Positions 1 through 7,203 of a stretch of DNA of 28,203 bases are shown piece after piece; position 1 is the first letter of the stretch; each line of letters begins with the position of its first letter. Where the stretch lies: contig JBGQEL010000051.1 of assembly GCA_041496385.1 (NCBI GenBank), positions 1 through 28,203 on the forward strand. The letters run 5' to 3'. The notes under the pieces are model-generated. The model was given only the letters and a program-made list of their open reading frames with translations, made no database searches and had not been told where the DNA came from. This stretch comes from Candidatus Methylomirabilia bacterium. GTDB lineage: Bacteria; Methylomirabilota; Methylomirabilia; Rokubacteriales; CSP1-6. The translations under genes were made by a program, and so were the position numbers.

Positions 1-1
1 C

Positions 2-967
2 CGCCACCGTGGCTTCACCGCGCCCGTCATGGCCGGCGTCATGCTGCTGACCGTCGCGCGCGCGCGCTATATTCGCAACAACCGGCTCGCCGGCATCACG
101 ATCACCGACGCCCTGCAGGCGCGCCTCGAGGAGGAAGCGAAGCAGCCCGACAAGGGCGTGGGCGCCGCATACCGGCGCCTCGCCCTCCAGATCGTCGGGC
201 TCAAGCGGCTGGGCTATGCCGGCTTTCAGCTCACGGGGATGCATCAGTTCGACAAGCTCGACAGGCTCTTCCGGCAGATCGAGGGACTCGAGCAGGGCCT
301 GAGCAACGAGGGCGCGTGGTGGGACGCGTGGTGGCATGCCCTGCGCGGGCACGATCGCGCGCCCGCCGCCACCGCGCCCCGACCCTACTACTTGTTCGAA
401 GAGCTCGCGGAGCCCGACGGGTGGAGCGTCCCCTCCGATCGACTGACGCTCCGCCCTCTGGCCAGGTCCGCGACGCCCGGGTCGGAGTACAGGACGTACC
501 GAAGCCTCGATCGGCTGGATCGCTTGGTCTTCAAGGAAGGCTCACCGGGCGCGGCCTTGTTGAAGCCGATCGCGCGACTGGTACCCTCCGGCTCGGGACT
601 CGACCGCGGGCTGCACCGGCTCGAGCGAGGCCTGAAGCAGCCCCTGGTCGGATGTCAAACGTGCGGCTTCTGCCGGCTCCCGTATACGTCCTTCGTGTGT
701 CCCGAGACGTGCCCGAAGGGCCTCGCCAACGGCCCGTGCGGCGGCACCGCCGAGAACACCTGTGAGTACGGCGACCGGGAGTGCATCCACAACCGGAAGT
801 ATCGGATCGCCCGGGACGCCGGGCGCCTCACGGAGCTGGAGGACGTGCTCATTCCGAGCGTGGACGGAGCCAAGCGCGGCACGTGTTCGTGGACGAACCA
901 CTTCAGGGGCGAGGATCCGGCCGTCATCCGCCTGAGCGATCTCCGATCGAAAGGACGCCGCGCATGA
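2..967 (+). CDS. metF: Methylenetetrahydrofolate reductase with fused C-terminal MetV-like Cys-rich domain (5' partial)
   Basis: Frame is open from the window edge (RHRGFTAPVMAGVMLL...). The N-terminal part resembles the end of the MTHFR barrel (PVMAGV..., GYAGFQLTG). The C-terminal part has the 8-Cys MTHFR_C/MetV pattern CQTCGFC-x8-CPETCPKGLANGPCGG-x5-C-x6-C at 653-784. Confidence 0.85.
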   Translation, partial: RHRGFTAPVMAGVMLLTVARARYIRNNRLAGITITDALQARLEEEAKQPDKGVGAAYRRLALQIVGLKRLGYAGFQLTGMHQFDKLDRLFRQIEGLEQGLSNEGAWWDAWWHALRGHDRAPAATAPRPYYLFEELAEPDGWSVPSDRLTLRPLARSATPGSEYRTYRSLDRLDRLVFKEGSPGAALLKPIARLVPSGSGLDRGLHRLERGLKQPLVGCQTCGFCRLPYTSFVCPETCPKGLANGPCGGTAENTCEYGDRECIHNRKYRIARDAGRLTELEDVLIPSVDGAKRGTCSWTNHFRGEDPAVIRLSDLRSKGRRA

Positions 968-1941
968 TCGAGCATCAGGGACTGATCGTCATCGGCGAGA
1001 ACCTCAACGCCACGCGCAAGATCAAGGGCTCGAGCCCGCGGATCCTCAAGGAGGGAGACACGCGGGGTCTCGGCTATACCGATCTCGCGGGCGTCAAGCG
1101 GGTGCTCGACCTGACCGACGCCTTCCCGGAGGACCCGAAGGAGCACGCCACGGCGATGATCCCGTACGTCGCGCAGTGTTTCCGGAACAAGGACCTGGCC
1201 TATCTCCAGGCGGCGGTGCAGGCCCAGCTCTCCGCGGGCGCCCACATCATCGACCTGTGCGTCGACGAGATGTCGCCGTACCCCGAGCAACGCATGGAAT
1301 GGATGCGCTGGGTGGTGACGACCGTGCAGGGGATGACGGATGCCGTCGTCAGCATCGACTCGTCCGATCCGCTGACGATCGAGGCCGGGCTCAAGGTGCA
1401 CGACCCGACGAAGAGCCGGCCCTTCATCAACTCGGTGAACCTGGAGGAGGGCCGCAACGTCCTCCACGCCATGGCCAAGGAGTACAACGCGTACCTGGCC
1501 GGCAACGCCTCGGGCCGCGCCGGCATGCCGTACAGCGCGCAGGAGCGCGTCGATCATCTGACCGAGCTGTCGACGCAGATGGACGAGCACGGCATCGCCA
1601 TGGAGGACCGCTTCCTCGACGCCCTCGTCTTCCCCGTCGGCGCCGGACCGGAGTTCGGGATGCACTACCTCGACGCGATCAGGCGGCTGCGGGAGATGTT
1701 TCCGGACGTGCACCTCTTCGGCGGGCACTCCAACGTGTCGTTCGGGCTGCCGGAGCGCAAGATCCTGAACGACGCGTTCCTGATCCTGTCGATTCTCGCC
1801 GGCTGTGACACGTTGATGATCGATCCGCAGATGAACGCGCCACGGGAGTACCTCGAGTTCAAGCTCGCCGCCGAGGCGCTCATGGGCAAGGACGAGTACT
1901 CGCTGAACTACCTCGCGTACTACCGCAGCAAGAAGGTCTGA
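964..1941 (+). CDS. Pterin-binding methyl-THF:corrinoid methyltransferase (AcsE / MetH folate-domain family)
   Basis: Motifs IVIGENLN, GAHIIDLCVD, VSIDSSD, FINSVNLE, FLDALVFPVG, GHSNVSFGLPER. The ATG at 964 overlaps the upstream stop (ATGA) and follows AAAGGA. Confidence 0.88.
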   Translation: MIEHQGLIVIGENLNATRKIKGSSPRILKEGDTRGLGYTDLAGVKRVLDLTDAFPEDPKEHATAMIPYVAQCFRNKDLAYLQAAVQAQLSAGAHIIDLCVDEMSPYPEQRMEWMRWVVTTVQGMTDAVVSIDSSDPLTIEAGLKVHDPTKSRPFINSVNLEEGRNVLHAMAKEYNAYLAGNASGRAGMPYSAQERVDHLTELSTQMDEHGIAMEDRFLDALVFPVGAGPEFGMHYLDAIRRLREMFPDVHLFGGHSNVSFGLPERKILNDAFLILSILAGCDTLMIDPQMNAPREYLEFKLAAEALMGKDEYSLNYLAYYRSKKV

Positions 1942-1954
1942 GGCCGAATCGCGA

Positions 1955-1963
1955 TGCTATACT
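1955..1963 (+). promoter_or_regulatory. Candidate extended -10 promoter (TGcTATACT), possibly giving a leaderless transcript
   Basis: TG-c-TATACT lies 8 nt before the ATG at 1972. No Shine-Dalgarno sequence precedes that ATG. Confidence 0.4.
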
Positions 1964-1971
1964 CACACTCG

Positions 1972-2946
1972 ATGGCCGGGCTGCTCGGGCGCTTGTCGTC
2001 ACGCACGCCGCTGCTCAGCGACAGTGCGACCGGCACCTGGTTCCAGCAGCGGCTCGGCGTGGCGCACGTCGGCGGCGAGTGCTGCGATCAATACAACGTC
2101 ACGGCGCCCGACGTCGTCCGCGAGCTCTATCGTGCGAAGATCGATGCGGGCGCCGACGTCGTGCTCACCAACACGTTCAATAGCACGCCCCTGCGACTCG
2201 CCGAGTTTCACATGGAGCCGGAGGTCGCCGACCGGTTCAACGCGGCGGGGGTCGGGCTGCTCCGGGAGGTCGTCGCGGCGGCGGACCGGGAAATCTTCGT
2301 CGGCGGCAACGTGGGACCGACCGGGAAGATCATCGGGCAGTCCGCGACGTACGACGAGGTGATGGCCTCGATGCTCGCGCAGATCCGCGCGCTCGTGCGC
2401 GCCGGGGTCGACGCGATCTGCGTGGAGACGATGCTGCAGTCGCTCGAGGGGCAGGTGGCGGTGGAGGCGGCCCGCGAGGTGTTCGCCGACGAGGGCGTGA
2501 CCCTGCCGCTCTACACGACGTTCGCCTTCATGAACCGGCCGGCGGGCAGCGACGCGGCCTTCCGGACGTTCTTCGGCGACACCGTCCGCCACATCATGGA
2601 GGGCAACGAAGATCTGCTCGCGGAGCGTCCCTTCGTCGGCGCCCGGGCGCTCGCCGTCGACGTCGTCGGCGCCAACTGCACGATCGGCGTGGACGACGCG
2701 ATCGCGGTCACGCGGGAGTTCACGCGGTATTTCGCGGAGCACGGCCTGACCGGCAAGGTCTTCGTGTCGGCCAAGCCGAACTCGCAGGTCATGGCGACCA
2801 TGGCCTACGAGGATCCCGAGTTCGCCGCCTCGCGGTTCGAGCAGCTCGTCGGCGCCGGCGCCCACCTCGTCGGCTTTTGCTGCGGGTCGACGCCCGAGCA
2901 CATCGCGGCGTCGGCGCGTCAGCGCCAGCGCCTCCTCGGCTTCTAG
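1972..2946 (+). CDS. Homocysteine S-methyltransferase family protein (stand-alone MetH Hcy-binding domain)
   Basis: Motifs AGADVVLTNTF, GNVGPTG, GVDAICVETM, GANC, KPN and GFCCGSTPEHI (three Zn-binding Cys retained). An alternative start is at 1954. Confidence 0.85.
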   Translation: MAGLLGRLSSRTPLLSDSATGTWFQQRLGVAHVGGECCDQYNVTAPDVVRELYRAKIDAGADVVLTNTFNSTPLRLAEFHMEPEVADRFNAAGVGLLREVVAAADREIFVGGNVGPTGKIIGQSATYDEVMASMLAQIRALVRAGVDAICVETMLQSLEGQVAVEAAREVFADEGVTLPLYTTFAFMNRPAGSDAAFRTFFGDTVRHIMEGNEDLLAERPFVGARALAVDVVGANCTIGVDDAIAVTREFTRYFAEHGLTGKVFVSAKPNSQVMATMAYEDPEFAASRFEQLVGAGAHLVGFCCGSTPEHIAASARQRQRLLGF

Positions 2947-2983
2947 CCATGATCGATACCGCGCTGCCGGAGCCGTCTCGCCC

Positions 2984-3011
2984 GTGACAGCGGATATGGA
3001 AAATATATGAT
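2984..3011 (+). promoter_or_regulatory. Candidate sigma70 promoter with AT-rich operator-like spacer
   Basis: GTGACA (2984-2989), 16 nt spacer, TATGAT (3006-3011). A strong RBS GAGGAGG precedes the ATG at 3042. This is a conspicuously AT-rich patch in GC-rich DNA. Confidence 0.55.
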
Positions 3012-3041
3012 GCGTCGAGGAACCGACAGAGGAGGACGGCC

Positions 3042-4211
3042 ATGAGCGAGCTGAAGCCCCGGGAACGATTCGCCCGCGCGATCCGGCGGGAGAAGGTCGA
3101 CCGCGTGCCGACGCTGTACCGCTTCAAGAAGGAATCGAAGGAGAAGGTGGCGCGCGTCTTCGGCATTCACAACACGGGGACCGGGATGAAGCACGATCCA
3201 TCCCTGGAGCTCCGCCTCGGCAACGACGCCATCATGTACCAGATCGGCATCAACGCCGAGTTCTCGCACCATCCGATCGCGATCGGCGAGACCTGGTACA
3301 GCGACTTCAAAGTTGGCTATGGCAAGAGCGGCCTGCAGGGCATGACCGAGGCGCAGCACAAGGACTTCGAGAAGACGCAGGACTTCTGGGGACCGGCGAA
3401 GGTGGTGCCCGAAAACTTTCCGAAGCACCACCCCATCACCTCGATGGAGGATTTGAAAAACTACACGTGGCCGGATCCCGCGAACCCTCGGCTGCTCGAC
3501 CCGATCAGGGAGGTCTGCAAGCAGTGGCAGGGCGACTACTTCATCATGGTCGACCTGTCGTCGACCCTGATCGAGGCGGCCTACGCGCACCTGGTCGGCA
3601 CGCAGAACTTCTTCCTGTATCTCTACGACGAGCCGGAGCTGATCGCCGGCGTCCTCGACGGCCTGACCGAGTACTACGCGGCCCTCGGCAAGCACGTGGC
3701 GGCCCTCGGCGTCGACATGATCCGCGTGGGCGACGACATCGGCTCGCAGCAGGGGATGATGTTCGACCCCGCCGTGTGGCGTGAGCTGGCCAAGCCACGC
3801 TTCGCGTACATGTTCGAGCAGTTCAAGAAGGTCAACCGGGACGTCTACCTCAAGTTCCACTCGTGCGGTGACTATTCCCAGATCATGCAGGACGAGGTCG
3901 ATCTCGGTGTGAATCTGACGGGCCTCATGCAGCCGGTGGGTGGCAACCAGGATCAACCGACCATGAAGAAGAAGTTCGGCGACAAGATCGCGATGATCGG
4001 CGGCCTCGACGTCCAGCGCCTGCTCCCGCGCGGCCAGGTCGAGGAGGTGCGCGAGGGCGTCCTCAACGTCATGAAGAACCTCGCCGTGGGTGGCGGGTAC
4101 ATCTTCTCGCCGGCGCACTACATCCTCGCCGACGTTCCGGTGCAGAACATCTGGGCCATGATCGAAGCCGTGAAGGACTACGGCGTCTACGGCAAGTACC
4201 CGCTCAACTAG
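3042..4211 (+). CDS. UroD/MtaA-CmuA-like family methyltransferase (copy 1)
   Basis: N-terminal RERFARAIRREKVDRVP, YTWPDP, GDDIGSQQG, FHSCG, GGLDVQ.LLP.G, GGGYIFSPAH. It is adjacent to a corrinoid protein gene. Confidence 0.85.
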   Translation: MSELKPRERFARAIRREKVDRVPTLYRFKKESKEKVARVFGIHNTGTGMKHDPSLELRLGNDAIMYQIGINAEFSHHPIAIGETWYSDFKVGYGKSGLQGMTEAQHKDFEKTQDFWGPAKVVPENFPKHHPITSMEDLKNYTWPDPANPRLLDPIREVCKQWQGDYFIMVDLSSTLIEAAYAHLVGTQNFFLYLYDEPELIAGVLDGLTEYYAALGKHVAALGVDMIRVGDDIGSQQGMMFDPAVWRELAKPRFAYMFEQFKKVNRDVYLKFHSCGDYSQIMQDEVDLGVNLTGLMQPVGGNQDQPTMKKKFGDKIAMIGGLDVQRLLPRGQVEEVREGVLNVMKNLAVGGGYIFSPAHYILADVPVQNIWAMIEAVKDYGVYGKYPLN

Positions 4212-4223
4212 GAGAGCGCAGGC

Positions 4224-4934
4224 ATGGGAACCGTACCGACGCTCCAGATTCCCGACGGGTGGCCGTCGCGCGTGCCCGCGGGCTGGGACTGGAACGATCT
4301 GTGGGTGGCGGTGGAGAAGGGCAAGCACAAGATCTCCCACGAGCTCGTCCAGAAGGCGATCGACGCCGGCATCCATCCGAAGACGATCCTGGACGACGGG
4401 CTCTTCCCCGGCTTCAACATCCAGGGCGAGCGGTTCAGCGAGCAGATCATCTTCATCCCCGAGATGCTGATCACGGCGCGGGCGATGAAGGCCGGGCTCG
4501 CGCTCATCCGGCCCCTGCTGGCGGCGGCGGCGGAGAAGCCGGTCGGGACGTTCGTCATCGGGACCGTGCTCGGCGACATGCACGACATCGGGCAGACCAT
4601 CGTCACGATCATGCTCGAGAACGCCGGCTTTCGCGTCATCAACCTCGGCACGGACACGCACCCGGACAAGTTCATCGACGCCGCGAGGCGGGAGAAGGCC
4701 GACCTCGTCGGCTTCTCGGCGCTGCTGTCGACCACGATCTACTACCAGAAGGTCACGATCGAGGAGTTCGCGAAGGCGGGGCTGAGAGCCAAGGTCAAGA
4801 TTCTGGTCGGCGGCGCGCCCACCAGCCAGCAATGGGCCGACGAGATCGGCGCCGACGGTTGGGGCAAGGACGCCATGCTGGCCGTGCGGCTCGCCAAGCG
4901 GCTCGTGAAGGAGCCGCGAGAAGGGTGGGAGTAG
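4224..4934 (+). CDS. Cobalamin-binding corrinoid protein (MtaC/MttC-like; copy 1)
   Basis: Cap domain (IFIPEML.TARAMK), B12 motif GDMHDIG, GFSALL, ILVGGAP, IGADG. RBS GGAG. Confidence 0.92.
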   Translation: MGTVPTLQIPDGWPSRVPAGWDWNDLWVAVEKGKHKISHELVQKAIDAGIHPKTILDDGLFPGFNIQGERFSEQIIFIPEMLITARAMKAGLALIRPLLAAAAEKPVGTFVIGTVLGDMHDIGQTIVTIMLENAGFRVINLGTDTHPDKFIDAARREKADLVGFSALLSTTIYYQKVTIEEFAKAGLRAKVKILVGGAPTSQQWADEIGADGWGKDAMLAVRLAKRLVKEPREGWE

Positions 4935-4936
4935 CC

Positions 4937-5320
4937 ATGGACTTCGTGGCGGTCGCGCGTCTGCATGAGATTCCGACGGGGGCGGCGCGGCTCTTCGAAC
5001 ACAGGGGATTCAGCGTGCTCCTGGCGCGCGTCGGCGATGCGGTGTTCGCGCTCCAGGCCGCGTGCCCGCACAAGGGCTGCGACTGGAACGGCGCCAGGCT
5101 CGAGGGGGAGATCCTGACCTGCCCGCGCTGTCGCTTCCGGTACTCGGCGCGAACGGGACTGAATCCCCTCACCACGGCGTGTCACGTCAACCAGTCGACG
5201 GCGGAGTACCACTACCGCAACTTCCCGGAAGGCAAGGCGGAGACGTACGACGTGCGCCTCGACGCCGGCGCGGTGGCGGTGGCCACGTCGCCGAGACCCT
5301 TCCGCAAGATCGTCGTCTGA
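4937..5320 (+). CDS. Rieske-type ferredoxin-like protein with CxH...CxxC ligand variant
   Basis: 127 aa: MDFVAVARLHEIPTG...VFALQAACPHKGC...EGEILTCPRCRFRYSARTG...ETYDVRLD, matching the small Rieske ferredoxin pattern. RBS GGGAG. The stop overlaps the next start (TGATG). Confidence 0.8.
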   Translation: MDFVAVARLHEIPTGAARLFEHRGFSVLLARVGDAVFALQAACPHKGCDWNGARLEGEILTCPRCRFRYSARTGLNPLTTACHVNQSTAEYHYRNFPEGKAETYDVRLDAGAVAVATSPRPFRKIVV

Positions 5321-7203
5321 TGAGCCGACCGCTGACCGTCACCTTCGAGCCCGCCGGCCGGGCGCTGTCCGTCGCGGCCGGGCAGACGTTCCTGCGCGCC
5401 GCGCAGGACGCCGGCATCGACGTGATGGCGACGTGCGGGGGCCGGGGCCGCTGCCACAGCTGCCGCATCAAGATCGTCAGGGGCAGCGTGCCGCCTCCGA
5501 CGATCATGGATACGGTGCAGCTCGGTCACGACGAGGTCCGGGAAGGCTTCCGCCTGTCGTGCCAGACGGCGATCTCCTCGGACTGCAGCGTGATGGTGGT
5601 GCCGGCCATCACGGAGGGGGGGCACCAGATCCTCTCGTGCACCCACGTCTTCCGCGAGACCACGAAGCTCGACTCGGGCGTCGAGAAGCGGCTGATCAAG
5701 GCCAGCCTCCCCACCGAAGAGCATCACCAGACCTCCGACGTCGAGGAGATTCTCACCGCGCTCGGCGGTGGCGTCAGCCCGGACGTCCCGCTCGATCTTC
5801 TTCGGCGGATCCCGCATCTCATCCGGGACGCCGACGGCGCCCTCACGGTCACGACGTTCAACAAGCGAATCGTCGACATCGAATCGGGCGATACGACCAT
5901 GCACCGGTACGGCATGGCGTTCGATATCGGCACCACCAGCATCGTCGGGTTCCTCATCGACCTGGCGACGGGCGAACAGCTCGCCGCCGTCGGCAGCATC
6001 AACCCGCAGGCGGTGTACGGCGGCGATCTCATGTCGCGGATCGCCTTCGCCCAGTTCAACGCCGAAGCGCTGAAGAAGCTGCAGACGCGCGTGCTGGCCG
6101 CGATCAACGGCTTCGTCAAGGAGGCGTGCGACAAGGCCGGCGTCGCCCCCGACCACGTCTACAAGGTCGTGATCGTCGGCAACACGTGCATGCACCATAT
6201 CTTCCTCGGCATCGACCCGACCCACGTGGGCCTGGCGCCGTACGCGCCATCCGTCCGCACGGCGATCTCCCTCACGGCCCACGAGCTCCTCGTGCGGGTC
6301 AACCCGAACGCGGCGGTCTGCTTCCTGCCGATCGTGGCCGGCTTCGTCGGCGCCGACACGATGGCCGTCGTCCTCGCCACACGCATCTACGACAGTCCCC
6401 ACATCCGGGTGGCCGTCGATATCGGCACCAACGGCGAGGTCGTGATGGGCTCCCGCCGCAAACTCATGGCGTGCTCGGCGCCCGCCGGCCCCGCGCTCGA
6501 GGGGGCGCAGATCAAGCATGGGATGCGCGGTGCGCTGGGGGCCATCGAGAAGGTCGAGATCGGCGACGACGTCGTATGCGGCGTGATCGGGGGCGTCCCG
6601 CCCATCGGCATCTGCGGGTCGGGCCTGATCGACGCCGTCGCCAAGATGCTGGACGCCAAGCTGCTCGAACCCTCCGGCCTTCTGCGGACCGAGGAGCGCG
6701 ACGGGCTCCCGCCCGCGCTGCGCGATCGCCTCGTCGAACGCGACGGCGAGCGGCAGTTCGTCCTCGCCTGGGCCTCGGAGTCCGGCAACGGTCAGGACAT
6801 CACGATCAGCCAGCAGGACGTCCGCCAGCTCCAGCTCGCCAAGGGCGCCATCTACTCCGGCATCCTGATGCTCAAGAAGGTGATGGGCGTGCAGGACGGC
6901 CAGATCAAGGAACTGATGCTCGCGGGGGGCTTCGGCAACTACATCAACATCGAGAGCGCGGTGCGGATCCACCTGCTCCCCGAGCTGCCGGTCGAGCGGA
7001 TCCGATACGTGGGGAACGCCGCCGCCCTCGGCGCCCAGATGGCGCTGCTCTCGGAAACCGAGCGGAACCGCGCGATCGGCCTGGCGCGGTCCATCGAGCA
7101 CGTATCGCTCGCGGCGCGTCCGGACTTCCAGGACATCTTCATCGAGGCGATCTGCTTCCCGGGCGACGAGGCGGCCGACATGCTGCTGTCCGGAGACGGA
7201 TGA
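5320..7203 (+). CDS. ATP-dependent reductive activator of corrinoid proteins (RACo/RamA-like, ASKHA domain, N-terminal 2Fe-2S)
   Basis: N-terminal CGGRGRCHSC...RLSCQ, then DIGTTSIV, NPQ..YGGDLMSRI, GNTCM, GFVGAD, DIGTNGE, CSAPAGPALEG, GICGSG, QLAKGAI, LAGGFG, VGNAA. Confidence 0.93.
   Translation: MSRPLTVTFEPAGRALSVAAGQTFLRAAQDAGIDVMATCGGRGRCHSCRIKIVRGSVPPPTIMDTVQLGHDEVREGFRLSCQTAISSDCSVMVVPAITEGGHQILSCTHVFRETTKLDSGVEKRLIKASLPTEEHHQTSDVEEILTALGGGVSPDVPLDLLRRIPHLIRDADGALTVTTFNKRIVDIESGDTTMHRYGMAFDIGTTSIVGFLIDLATGEQLAAVGSINPQAVYGGDLMSRIAFAQFNAEALKKLQTRVLAAINGFVKEACDKAGVAPDHVYKVVIVGNTCMHHIFLGIDPTHVGLAPYAPSVRTAISLTAHELLVRVNPNAAVCFLPIVAGFVGADTMAVVLATRIYDSPHIRVAVDIGTNGEVVMGSRRKLMACSAPAGPALEGAQIKHGMRGALGAIEKVEIGDDVVCGVIGGVPPIGICGSGLIDAVAKMLDAKLLEPSGLLRTEERDGLPPALRDRLVERDGERQFVLAWASESGNGQDITISQQDVRQLQLAKGAIYSGILMLKKVMGVQDGQIKELMLAGGFGNYINIESAVRIHLLPELPVERIRYVGNAAALGAQMALLSETERNRAIGLARSIEHVSLAARPDFQDIFIEAICFPGDEAADMLLSGDG

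Noticed and set aside
2947..3041. Possible cobalamin, THF or SAM riboswitch before the methyltransferase genes
   Set aside because: The gap is 95 bp, mostly explained by promoter and RBS, and I see no B12-box or other aptamer consensus.
3042..4211. Calling the UroD-like genes hemE
   Set aside because: They lack the HemE RQAGR motif, carry an HxC metal motif, and sit beside corrinoid proteins.
4209..4226. The TAG of UroD-like 1 is in frame with the corrinoid protein start (possible pyrrolysine/readthrough fusion); likewise TAG-ATG at 12651-12656
   Set aside because: Both proteins look complete on their own, the TAGGAG doubles as the RBS, in-frame spacing occurs one time in three by chance, and no pyl genes are visible.
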